Shown here one piece after another: positions 24,865 to 38,365 of a stretch of 63,264 bases of DNA. Within the stretch, counting starts at the first letter, position 1; every line of letters starts with the position of its first letter. The notes under the pieces are model-generated. The model was given only the letters and a program-made list of their open reading frames with translations. It was not told the origin of the DNA and searched no databases. This stretch comes from Octopus bimaculoides (Eukaryota), in assembly GCF_001194135.2 (NCBI RefSeq), contig NC_068985.1, positions 99,163,434 to 99,226,697 of the forward strand. Reading direction: 5' to 3'. The position numbers and the translations under genes were made by a program.

Positions 24865-25050
24865 ATTTTCGGACTTGTGACCATGCTGGGGTATCGCCTC
24901 GAAGAATTTTAGTCGAAGGAATCGACTCCAGTACATGTTATTTTTAAAACCTGATACTTATTTTATCGCTCTCTTTTGCAGAACCACTAAGTTACTGCAC
25001 CGAAATAACACTACCATCGGTTGTCTAGCGGTGGTGGGTGATACGCACAG
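24865..25050 (-). mobile_element. SINE family B-like 3' half
   Basis: GACCATGCTGGGG..TAGTCGAAGGAATCGACTCCAG...CATCGGTTGTCTAGCG. Confidence 0.65.
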
Positions 25051-25137
25051 GTGTACAAACACACACAAATACACACACACACATACACAAACACAAATAT
25101 ATATATATATGTGTGTGTGTGTGTATGTGTGTGTGCG

Positions 25138-25197
<60 letters not shown>

Positions 25198-25259
25198 CAC
25201 GCTTTGAATCCTTCTCACACATCGAATACTCCACATCTTTTCATATCAAATTTCGCTAA

Positions 25260-26150
25260 TAATGGCTGAAGTACGACTAAGTTTTGAAGACAGAAAATTT
25301 AATATAAAGTGCTACTGGAAGCATGAAAACATCATGGAAGTGCACAGACAATTTGGAAGATATTTTCACAAAGATCCACCAATGCGATGCACCATTGCTT
25401 GCGTCTGAGATAAGTTTGTATCAGATTGAATTGTTCATGACCTCTACTGGGATTGTTCAAGAACACTACGGTCATCAACCACCTCGGCAAAGGAAAAACA
25501 ATTGGCGGAAACCCACCACCGATCCACACATAAGTTTGTCTGACAAATGGCATGTGAGACAAGAATCCCCAAATCAAACATCTATCGCATTTTGATGCAA
25601 GTTCATTGGAAATGTTACATTCCAGCATTAATCTATGCACTAAATGAGATGAATTCTGAACGGGGAAATGAATTTTGTGAGTGGTATCTGGGCAAATGCG
25701 AGAAAGAAGCAGCATTTCCGTCCAAAATTGACTGGGGTGATGAGGCCAGCTTTAAGTTAAATGACTCAATTAACTGAAACAGTTGCATTTCCTGGGCTCC
25801 TGAAAATTCGCATGTTACTATGGAACAACATTTGAACTTACCAAGGGTTACAGAGTGGTGTTTGAATTTCATCATTGGGCATCCTAGAGCCATTCTTATT
25901 TTGACCAAACTATCGCTGGAGATATTTACCAAAACTCACTGCAGGAATCCGTCGGTCCAACTGTCGAAGAGTTGTTTGGTGATGGGGAGATTTGCTTTCA
26001 GCAAGATGGCTATCTCCTCCACTACAATCTTATTGTATAGGCCTATCACGAAGCAACTTTTCCAAACAGTTGGATTGGACAAAGAAGTATTGTTGAATTT
26101 CCTGTGCATTCCCCATATCTCATTTCAAGGAAATTCTCTTTACGGAGATA
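25260..26150 (+). mobile_element. Tc1/mariner rosa-like (DD41D spacing) transposase pseudogene
   Basis: MAEVRLSFEDRK..EVHRQFGRYFHKDPP (HTH region), IPKSNIYRIL, WGDEASFKLND, FQQDG...FPNSWIGQR..EFPVHSPYLISRKF. There are 41 residues between the QQD aspartate and the D3-equivalent position, which is now K. Multiple stops. Confidence 0.8.
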
Positions 26151-26212
26151 TCATAAATATAGGTTTAAACAATATGTTTATTCTTATCCTCAAAACCTTT
26201 TTCAGTTACACG

Positions 26213-26365
26213 GCGTTATTGTCTGTTTCTAAGAGTCGTAACCACATGGTTCCGTATTCAATCCCACTCCACTGCAGGACTAGTAACCTCTGCTGTAGGC
26301 CAGGGTCGATTGGCTGATACCTTACGAGTGGATTTGGTACATGGATTCTGAAAGAAGCAGTCATA
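26213..26365 (+). mobile_element. SINE family B 5' half, diverged
   Basis: AACCACATGGTTCCG..CCCACT...GAGTGGATTTGGTAC..CTGAAAGAAGC followed by (CA)n and a gap. Confidence 0.6.
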
Positions 26366-26988
26366 TACACACAAACGCACGCACACAGAAACACAGAGAC
26401 ACAGACACACACACAGACACACACAGGCACATACACACACACNNNNNNNNNNNNNNNNNNNNNNNNNNNNNNNNNNNNNNNNNNNNNNNNNNNNNNNNNN
26501 NNNNNNNNNNNNNNNNNNNNNNNNNNNNNNNNNNNNNNNNNNNNNNNNNNNNNNNNNNNNNNNNNNNNNNNNNNNNNNNNNNNNNNNNNNNNNNNNNNNN
26601 NNNNNNNNNNNNNNNNNNNNNNNNNNNNNNNNNNNNNNNNNNNNNNNNNNNNNNNNNNNNNNNNNNNNNNNNNNNNNNNNNNNNNNNNNNNNNNNNNNNN
26701 NNNNNNNNNNNNNNNNNNNNNNNNNNNNNNNNNNNNNNNNNNNNNNNNNNNNNNNNNNNNNNNNNNNNTAGCAGCCATTTTGTTATATTATTACTTTAAA
26801 TTAAAATCATACGGATATTGATTTAGTATTCATTATTTACAAATCAGTGATATAAATTACTGAATGAAACTCGGGCGACACATATCACTTTCGTTTAGTT
26901 TCTTTACGTAACACCGTTATAACTTATCCAAGAAATGTATATTTTGATGAATTGTTCAAACCCAAGGAAATATAAAGATGCTTATATT

Positions 26989-27333
26989 GTTGGCACTCCG
27001 TCGCTTATGATGACGAGGGTTCCAGTTGATCCGATCAACGGAACAGCCTGCTGGTGAAATTAACGTGCAAGTGGCTGAGCCATCCAAAGACACGTGTACC
27101 CTTAACGTAGTTCTCGGAGATATTCAGCGCGACACAGAGTGTGACAAGGCTGGCTCTTTGAATTACAGGCACAATAGAAACAGGAAAAAAGAGTGAAAGA
27201 ATACAGCCGGGTTCGCGACCATCCGCTGCTGGAGCCACGTGGATAAACACTCACAATGCCCGGTCTGGGAATCGAAACCGCGATCCTATGACTGCGAGTC
27301 TGCTGCCCTAACCACTGGGCCATTGCGCCTCCA
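26989..27333 (-). mobile_element. SINE family C (tRNA-headed)
   Basis: Head TGGAGGCGCAATGGCCCAGTGGTTAGGGC...GGTTTCGATTCCC (A and B boxes); homologous to 48583-48946. Confidence 0.88.
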
Positions 27334-29009
27334 CTAAAGATGCTTCTTAAAGAAGATAAAATAATCTTGTTTGCTTTCTGATGAGTTAATACTTTTATAA
27401 GACCTAAAGCTGTACAGAATGATTATATTTGAAGCCTGCGGGTGTTTGTATGTATTAAATAGTGACAAACTCTCTTCTCTTTCATCAGCCTCTATTTCGA
27501 TAGAATTCTACGACACGAACGCCTTATTGAAGACGTCTAGTTAAATTGAATATATTCTTAACAAGGAAAAGACTTCAGAGGATTTGAATTCGTCTTTTTA
27601 TTATCTACTGGTGCAATACCAAGCCCACTTATTCAGGTACTTCGTAGAATACTGATAATATAGGTCAGATGGAATTTAACGTAGCTCTACTAGCTAAATT
27701 GTACTTATTCACGCTGTTCACAATTAGCTTGTTTGAATGAATAACAATATAATGCCGTTGACACGAAGTAATTTTCACAATGTGCCGATCCCTTTAATCC
27801 AATGAAAATTTTCCAAAGGTGATGAAATCCATGAAATTTTCAACGTATGTAACAAAGAGTACAGACTTTTTACGTGAATTATACATCTTTTACAGTTATA
27901 TATTTGAAATATTTCACAGGTTTTTCGTCTATTACTGCAGCAAGTATAAACAAACAATAAAATGCCATAAGTCATATTTACTAAGTGAAATTCTCATATT
28001 TTTTCCGTATACTCAAAGCAACATGTGACAATGTTTCTACATTCAGTGAATATCTCACAGATTTCTCATTCCGCGTTGCAACTATATAGAAGAAAAAATT
28101 AAATAAATCATCCTATAAAATCTCTTTACGGCTATATATTCTCTATTCTTGTAAACTTGTTTATAAGTTTCGTATGATATTGATACTGCTGCAGAACACT
28201 AACAAATAACAGAGCAAAGTTGCAGTGTTCTTCTGTGAAAATACATTAATGCCTAGATGTTTATATAAAGATTTATCGACCACAGCGCTCGACAGGTACT
28301 TTATTTTGTCGACCTCAGACAGGTGAAAAGTATTGTTGACGTCAGCATGGTTTGAACTCAGAACATAAAGAAACTAATTAAATACCACAGGGTATTTTGT
28401 CCGAGAGTCTTCTGTTTCTGTCAATTCGTCACCGTTTCTGCAGAAACATTGGTTTCTTGCAAACAAGCAGTTTCAAATATAGAACAAAAACGGACAGAAC
28501 AATGCACGTGGTTTACAATTGTCAAAAGTATCATTGACACAAACAATACGGAGTTTTAACTGAGAATTGAAAGCTTATAAAAAATTTCGAGAAATAAAAA
28601 AAATGAAATTACATTAATTTATTATATATGTAACTGAAAATATTTAAAATAGTGAAAAACAGAAAAACGTGAATTTCACAGATGTTTCATAATTTATAAT
28701 CTCATTGTTCTCTGTAACTGTTTCAACAGATAGAATAAAAAGCATTATCTTTTATATATTATGTAATTAACATATATATTTAATGTATACGAGGGAGTAT
28801 ATATGTGTCGGCAATGGAAACATTAAATGTAAATGTACACAGAACCATTACACAAAGCAAATCTATACAGGAACAGTTGAAAAAACATGCAAGATATTTC
28901 AGTAACGCGTAAGTGGTTTTCTCTCTTTATCTCTCTTCCCTTCTTCCCTCCGCTTTCAGAAGAAGAAAAGAAAGAAATGAGGCGTCTATAATTTTTTGAA
29001 TGAATTTTA

Positions 29010-29175
29010 CCAACCACATGGTCCCGGGTTCATTCCCACTGTGTGGCACCTTGGGTAAGTGTCTTCTACTATAGCCTCGGGCCGACCAAAGCCTTGTGAG
29101 TGGATTTGGTAGACGGAAACTGAAAGAAGCCCGTCAAATGACTGAAACAAGTAAAAGAGTAAAAGAGTAAAAGAC
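29010..29175 (+). mobile_element. SINE family B with precise internal deletion
   Basis: 5' half ends GAAGCCCGTC and is joined directly to the tail AAATGACTGAAACAAGTAAAAGAG. Confidence 0.85.
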
Positions 29176-29986
29176 TAAACCAATTTTAAAATCCCGTGTT
29201 ATGTCGTGCTGAAGAGTCCAGAAAAGGACTACCAGGGCGTTTAAGTAGATTTTCTCATCGAAAAAAGAAAAGCTGTATATACAAATATATGTATGCTCTT
29301 TCAAGTTTTAATAGTCATTTCTCAATAGAAGCAAAATAAACTTAGAATCGATTCTCTCCCCTTAGGTAGTAATTTCCAGTAATTCCTCCACGTGTATTGC
29401 ATATCAAATGTGATAGGTTAACTATTTGCTCAAGAGAAAAACAAGGAAGAATGGTAAACAGAATACGTTTAATGCTTAAAGTAAAGTATGACATAAACCA
29501 AACAAAATGTTTAAGAAAGAGAAGGCATATATAAGTTGCAACAATCATAGCACTCTCCAAATCTATTAGCTCCTTAACAGAAAAATGATTTGTTACAAAC
29601 AAAATTGAAGACAAGACTATTAACACACGACACTGACAGTTCAACTTCTATACTGCATCGCATTAACTTGGCACGTAAACATTTAAATAATTAAATCTTT
29701 CAGATCTCCATAAGATGGAAATTTAAACCCAGGAACATATTTAAAAAGAATTATTAAAAATATTTCTTTAAATATTTAAGTGAGGAAGAAGATTTTGAAG
29801 ATATAAACTATAGCATAAAGGAATATTTTCTCTAAGTTATCTCCTTCACTACTGAATTTTGTGTTATCGCTGTTGCAGATGTTTGAAATATTTAGAAATG
29901 ATATGTTGGAGTCGAATTAGGGGACTAAATTATTGTAGTTAAAAAAAAATTCCCTCTTAAGTAGTGATAAACATAAATATGTTTTA

Positions 29987-30070
29987 CAGTATAGGTTCTC
30001 AAAGTGGGCGCTACCGCTCCCCGGTGGGCGTTGAAACGGTCCAGGTGGGCACCGGCGCCTAGGGCGGCGG
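29987..30070 (+). mobile_element. 5' end of a hAT-like non-autonomous element
   Basis: CAGTATAGGTTCTCAAAGTGGGCGCTACCGC.. resembles CAGTGGTTCTCAAA-type hAT MITE termini; GC-rich 80 bp; no partner TIR seen. Confidence 0.4.
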
Positions 30071-31096
30071 TAGAGAAAAAGGAGGCAGCCCAGAGGATTC
30101 GGAAAGAGTTGGATGAGTCTAATGGTGATTACAAAGGTAAGGCAGCTAGGAAAACTCACTGTGATCGTTCTTATAAGAAACGAACTCCAGAATTTGCTGG
30201 TGAGATCCAGGCCATGATTGACAAAGATCCCTCCAAGTAAATCAGGTCCATCGCCAAGGACATGGGAGTGTCTGAGTTTCTTATCATGAAGACATTCAGT
30301 ATTCTTCATACAAGATGAGAAAGCGCCAATTTTTATCTCAGGCCATCAGGGGCAAGAGAAAAGACTACGCTACGAAGCTTTTGAACAAACTTACGATATT
30401 TCCTCCAACAGAATATGCTTTGACTTCTGTCAGACGAGAAGAATTTCTGCCTGGATCAGATGGTGAATACGCAGAACAATCTTTGGCTTGCCGTGTTCCC
30501 AAAACTTGTACTGAGAGTGATACAAATCAAACATCCAGTTAACATCATGGTGTATGATGTGATAACTAGTGATGGTGATGTTATGCCTTCATTCACGTTC
30601 CCTGAGACTCAACAGGGAGGCTTACATCAATTGCTTGGAGGTAGCGCTGCCCTGGGTTAAGACAGTAGCTGCTGGAGGACACTATGTCTGACAGCAAGAC
30701 TCCGCATCATGCTATGTAAGTAGGAGAACCGAGTCATGCCTGTTACACAATTACTGCAACCACATCACCCCTAACATCTGGCCACCTAACTCCCCAGACT
30801 GCAACCTCCTCGATTATTATCTGTGAGACGCTGTTGAACGAGAGAAACCAACAGAACAAATGCCAAAGATTATGGAAGCATTCTCCAAATTAAAGAAGAC
30901 TGTCCAGAAGACTTGCATGAGATTCCGAAGTCGTCTGCAGGCCGTGGTTGAAGCCAATGTTGATTTTACTGAATAAATTTACTCCTTCGTATTTCAAGAT
31001 ATTCTAATGTAATTTTGGTAAATATATCTGTTAAAATAAGATGTCAGAGTTATTTTCATTTTTGCCTAATTTAGACGACAATTTATTCATCGCACC
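30071..31096 (+). mobile_element. maT-like (DD37D) Tc1/mariner transposase pseudogene, right end cut by an assembly gap
   Basis: SDEKNFCLDQMVNTQNNLWLA..KHPVNIMV..ITSDGDVMP; V*QQDSASC...NIWPPNSPDCNLLDYYL*DAVERE with exactly 37 residues between the two aspartates. The TIR-like end GACGACAATTTATTCATCGCACC runs into the Ns. Confidence 0.88.
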
Positions 31097-31977
31097 NNNN
31101 NNNNNNNNNNNNNNNNNNNNNNNNNNNNNNNNNNNNNNNNNNNNNNNNNNNNNNNNNNNNNNNNNNNNNNNNNNNNNNNNNNNNNNNNNNNNNNNNNNNN
31201 NNNNNNNNNNNNNNNNNNNNNNNNNNNNNNNNNATATATATATATATATAGGGGAGATGTATGTACGTTTGTATGTATTTATATACACACTTATCATATA
31301 CACATAATGTATATATATATATACACATATATATATTACATATATATGGGGGTCTGTATGTTTGTATCTATATATACACACACTTTCATATACACATAAA
31401 CGAACACAACATACGTATATATGTGTGTTTTGTGTTTGTGTGAGTGTGTTTGTGTGTTTGTGTATGTGTGTGGTTGTGTGCGTGAGACTGTGCGTGTGTA
31501 CACATGGAGGCGCATGTGCCTCTCACATAATTTTTTCCCCCTGCTATCAAGCAGAGTTCAATTTAATCTAGGTGAAATATTTTCAAGGAAATGAAAATTA
31601 CGTTGCGTAAACAGAAAGTAGAATTTTTTCTTTTGTTTTGATTTGGAAATATTAATCCATTATCATAACAATTTACCGAATATAATAGCGATGATTGATA
31701 ATAATAACAATAATGATTATTCAAGAAAGAAAACACAAACATGACTTACAACAAAATCAACAAAAGTCACAGTAAGTCTTGATTGTTTGTAAAGTAGATA
31801 TAAAATTTTGAAATAAAAACCATTTAAGGAATCTCAGTGAAGTTTATAGCTATATACAACTAATGTTTTCATTTGGGAATATACATATGTATGTGTGTGT
31901 TCATGTGTATATATGCATAAATATATATATATATATATGCATGTATAGATATATATGTATGTATATAATATACATAC

Positions 31978-32013
<36 letters not shown>

Positions 32014-32456
32014 NNNNNNNNNNNNNNNNNNNNNNNNNNNNNNNNNNNNNNNNNNNNNNNNNNNNNNNNNNNNNNNNNNNNNNNNNNNNNNNNNNNNNNN
32101 NNNNNNNNNNNNNNNNNNNNNNNNNNNNNNNNNNNNNNNNNNNNNNNNNNNNNNNNNNNNNNNNNNNNNNNNNNNNNNNNNNNNNNNNNNNNNNNNNNNN
32201 NNNNNNNNNNNNNNNNNNNNNNNNNNNNNNNNNNNNNNNNNNNNNNNNNNNNNNNNNNNNNNNNNNNNNNNNNNNNNNNNNNNNNNNNNNNNNNNNNNNN
32301 NNNNNNNNNNNNNNNNNNNNNNNNNNNNNNNNNNNNNNNNNNNNNNNNNNNNNNNNNNNNNNNNNNNNNNNNNNNNNNNNNNNNNNNNNNNNNNNNNNNN
32401 NNNNNNNNNNNNNNNNNNNNNNNNNNNNNNNNNNNNNNNNNNNNNNGTATATATAT

Positions 32457-32489
<33 letters not shown>

Positions 32490-33471
32490 AATATATGTAT
32501 GTGCGCGTGTCTTTGTGTGTACGTCTGTGTGCGTACGTATGTATATATCATACAAAAACAACATTTGCTGAGTTAAAATATATTTTATCATAATACAGGG
32601 AATCAACATTTTATGAAAAACAAAAAAGATATTGAAAACGATGGTTATCTGACCATAAGTAGGTTATAACTTGCACAGTTTTTTGTTTCGACACTGCGTC
32701 CATTTTTCATATTCTCTGTTGTCCTTTAACCCTTAAAAGTCATTGTGAATATAATATCGGCAATATCTACTTCCCACGTTACAAAGCAAATATGACCTTT
32801 TTCTCTTGTCAAAATAAATCTATAATATTTAATATAAGGCGTTAAAATCTATAGAGTGAAACTTAAAATGAGTGAAAATGAAAAAAATAGATGAAAAAAT
32901 AAAGAAAACGAAAATCATCTAGAGTAAAACAGTTTCAGTTCTCCGTTGCAATTAGAATTTTTTTTTATATCTACCCCTGACGTCGGAATCGAAGAGGGAG
33001 ACTGTAAATGCTCGCCTAATTTGCTAGGGAAAGGAGCGTCCCTAACTGAAAATTACTGCGTGATGTTTTGATTTTAAATAGATAAGATGCGTGGGTATGC
33101 CAAATTAAATCGATAATATTTAATGTAAGCAGATACTCAAATATCCATAAAACAAGAAATAAGAACGCGTTAAGATATCTGCACACCTAGGTTGCGATTT
33201 CCAATTAATTTAATTGTTTGCGCCCTGCTCCGTCAACAGAATATAGTTCGAGGATGGCCTTGTGGTCTGCAGGGATCATCATTATGTGAACATAAAGGTA
33301 CAAGCCGATTACACATTGTTGTGTGTTAATTATTTGCAAACGACCTTCTTGCATTCTTCCTCAGAGGAAAAGACGAAACGAAGCATAACAACTGCGTTAA
33401 TATCTTCGAGTCTGTTGTGGCCCATAATGTTCTTTACAGTAACATTAATGCTACAATATTTATTAGCGTTC

Positions 33472-33690
33472 AAGACGGTGAGCTTGCAGAAACCTTAGCA
33501 CGCCCGTCAAAATGCTTAGCGGTATTTCATCTGTCTTTACATTCTGTGTTCAAATTCCGCCGAGGTCGACTTTGCCTTTCATCCTTTCTGGGTCGATAAA
33601 TTAAGTACCAATTTACGTATTGGGGTCGATCTAATCGACTGCCCCCTTCCGCAAATGTTCGGGCCTTGTGCTTTGAGTAGAAAAGAATAT
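33472..33690 (+). mobile_element. SINE family A, short-tail variant
   Basis: GACGGTGAGCTTGCAGAA...TTCAAATTCCGCCGAGGTCGAC...GGGCCTTGTGCTTTGAGTAGAAAAGAAT. Confidence 0.88.
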
Positions 33691-34799
33691 TTATTACCTT
33701 CCATCTAGTGAAACTGTGAGAGTGTGTGTCGTAAACAGGGACCTGCATTGCGTAGTTCTACGTTAGAAACCACAACTATTAAACAAAGTATTCACGGAAC
33801 ACTACGTTTATCTTTTCCCTACATATTGATAAAATTATGTTTTATAAAAGTTAAAACACTTGAATTTATTGAAATTTGATATTCAAAATGGCGAAAAATA
33901 AAAATCTACATTTCAGTGTTTGAATAGGGAGTGTTATCATAAAATCTATGTAATCTAATAGTAAATCTAATAGATAAGATCGATAAATATCAAATGGTAA
34001 CCGAAATCAATAAATAACAAATCAGTCTCGTATCAAGAGTAATTCTTCTTATGGTCTCCCTGACTTTCTGAATAAAATCAGCTATGGCATATATGGAAAG
34101 GCGGCCCTACGACTTTATCAGGAGTTGATGAGCCCATGTAAAACAATGAATAAAAAATGAGACCCAGCAAATTACTGCTCCTTAGGCTAAGGAGCAGTAA
34201 TATGCTGAGTTTGTAGGGAATCACATATCTAAAGAATATTTATTACCTTCAAATTATGAGTTGTCTTTGAAAGTGCTTCGGATAGAAAACAAAATGGAGT
34301 TTTCAAGATTCTACTGAATGACTAATCAAATTATCTCCCCTCTTTGATCTTTACACAAATTATAGCTCCCAGGCAGCCTTGTGATCTTCAGGGATCATCG
34401 AAGCAGCGACAGCATACACGCTTCATCCATTTACATCCTATGTTAGCTCGTTGTACACAACCTGGCTATATTCTTACGTGACGCATTCCAGAATTTTTGA
34501 AATTTTTTAGCTGAGGCAGTTATAACTGTACTAGGTTATTGTAACTTCAGTAAATTATTTCTATGCATCTAATAAGCTGACCTGCCAAATTTTGTCTTCT
34601 CACATTGAAAGAGACGGAAGTAACACTACTTTGGACACGTTCTACTAAACATTGCTTGTGACAAGTGAATAGTTTGCAGAAAACAGTCGGGACGGAAAGA
34701 CAATTTAAAACTCGTTATACAAAGTTTTATATTAAATTGCAAAAAGTCAGTACAAAAACTTCCGAAATATACCTGATCATGGATTAACTTTTATGAACT

Positions 34800-35330
34800 G
34801 AGCATATGTTTCGCTGGCACAAAATGCTAGGCAAAGCACGTCCACGGGGAATCACATGGTTATCCCCTTTTTCGATAGCAAGGGCATCAATTACATCTAC
34901 TGGGGTTCCCTCTTGCCAGTCGGTCAACAAAGTGTATTGGTTGAGGTTTTGAGGGAGTTCAGGAAGAGATTTCGTCGCAAAAAGACGCCCGAGCACCTGC
35001 ACCAGGACAATACACCAGTTCGTATTTCTATCCTGGTAACTGACTATCTGACAAAGACGGACATCAAAACTATCTCTGACATTCCCTACAGTTCAGGTCA
35101 TGCTCCCAGTGAGTTTAATATGTACCCAAGCGGAAAGAGAAGTTGAAGGAGGCTACACCAAGGGTTTGCAATACCTTAACGGAGTGGGGCCTTCACGGAG
35201 TGGCTGGAGCACTACAACAAGTGCAATGAAATCGGAGGATCCTACTTTGAAAGAGTTAGAGTTTTGTACTTCTTTGAAATTAATAAATGTCCACCTGCAA
35301 AAAGTCTTGGAACTTCTGGAATGCACCTTT
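34800..35330 (+). mobile_element. Mariner transposase remnant (34-residue spacing) with right TIR
   Basis: MVIPFFDSKGI...VLREFRKRFRRKK..LHQDNTP...PYSSGHAPSEF and FTEWLEHYNKCNEIGGSYFE; ends in AAAAAGTCTTGGAACTTCTGGAATGCACCTT. Confidence 0.8.
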
Positions 35331-36009
35331 TATGAAGGCGTTATAACAAGCCGAAGGTTAGCAGTCGCATTAATGTCTCCAGATGTGACACTTGTGTTGT
35401 CTCACCGCTTCCTTTGTAATGCAACGATAATAACTATGTTGACGACTAGTTCCACCTGTCATATCTCTTTCCTCTAGGCTTTACAAACCAGACATAAGCT
35501 TCCACATATTTTGCTATATAACGAAAAGGCATTCTTCCCTTTTCTCCCTTGGTTTCACACGAGTTATTTTACTTTCTCATTTGGTCTTTTCTCCACTAAT
35601 TCCTCGAACAGAAAGAAACAGTTTTCATCATGTACACCTATGAGTATCATTTTGCTTTTTAAACCGTAGCATATATATCTTATTTAATCTAGTAAAGCTA
35701 TCACTCATTAGTATTTATTAAAGTATTTTTGCTTCAAATTGCCGCAGGCTCCCCTAGGCTTTGATGGATCGTCAATTTCATGCTGTATTTCACCGGTGGT
35801 CTCCAAAATATAAGTTTTGATTATGTATATTAACAAGAGAGCAGCGGCCAGCGCCTACCTGCATTGAACAGTAACAGTAGAAAAAGGTAGAATATGTTCT
35901 TAATATACTTTCCTGGTCATAAAGTAGTTGTATACTGTCAACTTAACGTGACAGTCCCAATAAGGGAATCATACTACTGCTATTTAGCCCTAGGAAGCTG
36001 GACGAATAC

Positions 36010-36365
36010 AACAATCGCCATGATAGGGTAGGACAGTATTTACATTGGAAAATATGTAAACGCTACAAAATCAGCACTCCTGCTTACTGGTATGAACATC
36101 ATCCTGAGCCAGTTTTTGAAGGTAAAAATATCATTATCCTCTGAGATTTTCCAGTCAACACTGACAAAACGATCCAGACTAATCGACCAGATAGAGTTAT
36201 TAAAGACGGAAAAGAAAATACTTGTAGGCTAATGGAAGTAAATGTCCCCACTGATGAAAATATATCTGTAAAGAAATTTGACAAACTAAGTAAATATAAG
36301 GACCTGGAAAATTGAAATATAAAAGATGTGGCATCTTAAAGCGAGAACTGTTCTTGTTATTGCCT
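36010..36365 (+). mobile_element. R4/Dong-like LINE fragment, restriction-like endonuclease domain
   Basis: RHDRVGQYLHWKIC...WYEHHPEPV..IL*DFPVNTDKTIQTNRPD..LMEVNVPTDENISVKKFDKLSKYKDL (RHD / NRPD / D-x-K motifs of RLE LINEs). Confidence 0.85.
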
Positions 36366-36424
36366 GAAACTACCAAATGTTGAATAATAGTAATAATAAT
36401 ATGAGCAGTAATTTAAGGGTCTTT

Positions 36425-36650
36425 TAAGGGGACAGGCTTAATCGATTATTTATAGATTACATAGGCCCCAGTACTTAACTGGTACTTTTTTTATCAATCG
36501 TGAAAAAACAAATCGACCCTGAAAAAAAAAAACAAAAACAAATTGACACTGAAAAAAAATCTTCCTTTCCAGGATTTGAACTCAGAACGTGAAGACTCAG
36601 AAGAAATTCTGCTTAGCATTTTGTCCGACGCACTATTGGTTCTACAAGCT
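36425..36650 (-). mobile_element. SINE family A, degraded (other degraded minus-strand copies at ~8110-8280, ~13925-14075, ~28262-28432)
   Basis: Retains CCCCAGTACTTAACTGGTACT and GATTTGAACTCAGAACGT. Confidence 0.55.
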
Positions 36651-36962
36651 CTGATTGGGGGGGGGGTAATTTTCAGAAAAATGATATTGGTTATTTTATG
36701 GAATTTAGCACATGCAAGGTAGTTCATTTCCTCTATTCCGGAAGAATAAATGACATATTTGGTTTTGGCGTGTTTTGAAATCACGACGTAAGGAACAATA
36801 ACGGAATAGCGAGACTCCTTTTTGTCTGTAGTTCTCACGTTTCTGCCAGTCTACCGCAATACCAGGACGACAACGAACGACTCTATCAACATTGAAACAA
36901 ATAGCAGGTAACGTTGATGATGATAGCAATGATGATGATGATGATGATGATGAAGAAGAAGG

Positions 36963-36993
<31 letters not shown>

Positions 36994-37235
36994 ACTACGT
37001 ATAAGAGCTATCTGTAAAGGAATCATCAGGATATAAAATATAATTCTGTCTCTTTCATTTATCCTTTTTCTTTGTACTTCATTCACTTCTTGTTCCTTTC
37101 TCGTCTTTTTATTGATTTTAATGTTGTTTGATATTACTTATTCTTTATGTCTTTGTTTCATTCATTATTATTATGAGTTTCTTTCTTTTGATTGTATTTG
37201 TAATCTATTGATACCCCTCTCTCTATCTCTCTTTC

Positions 37236-37339
<104 letters not shown>

Positions 37340-38169
37340 ACATCAACTCAGCTATCAAAAAGCGTTATTACGATATAGGCGAGCGAAAATGATTGACAAA
37401 GAAGGGAACGAAGAAGAAAGGAGAATATCAAGAAGGAAGGAGAAGAAAATAGGAAAACAAAATTAGAAAAAAAAAAGAAAAGATGATGTCGGAAGCAGGA
37501 GAAAAAGAATAAATCACCTAGAAGTAAGCTAGCTACGTTATATGGATCATTTGAAATATTAGTAGCAGTCGCGCTGCTACTAAGCAGTACTATCAGAAGT
37601 TGTCTGATTGTGATTCTATCCTTATACAGCATTGTGAGATGGAAGGGGCAAATAGGTCACCTTCCCCTCAACAAAGTGTAAAAGAAAAATACATTTGACA
37701 AACAATGAAACCAATGCACAAATTAAACAACAATCGGAGACTTCATACTGAAATACTTGAAAACTATCGAAGCGAAGATTGTCATCTGTTGCAAAAAAGT
37801 TAAGGTGAATTAGATCGTCGCAAAACGTAATAACAGTGATGCTGGCTGGCAAGTGTGTATTTTGTTGTTCAAGATCGAAAGTAGAAAGTTCTAAGACAAT
37901 CAGATGCCATCGTAATTCAAACAACTGGTGCTGAATTATGGGGGATAATCTTAAATAATACAGCAACTTTTGAAGAGAAGTACTTTAGATGCAAGTCAGA
38001 AACTGAGAGGAATTGACGGGAAAAAAACGCCACGAGAAATGGAGTTGTATTTTGGTTAAGCAACCCTGCCTGGTGTAGACACTGCACAACGGACAAATTG
38101 GTAGTGCATTTTTTGTATTTATGGGGCTTGGGTAATGGCGCATGGTCGCTTTAAGGTGGTGGAGAGCTT

Positions 38170-38365
38170 AGATGTATTCTTTTCTTATTTTGTACAAGAC
38201 CAGCAATTTTGAGTGGTGGGGGAGTCGATTACATTGATACTTATGTTATCGACCCAGAAAGGATGAAAGGTGAAATCGACCGCTGCAGAATTTAAACTCA
38301 GAGCGTAAAGACATATGAAATACCGCTAAGCATTCTATCCGGCGTGCTAACGAAGCTACCAGCAT
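38170..38365 (-). mobile_element. SINE family A
   Basis: Homologous body and head. Confidence 0.75.
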
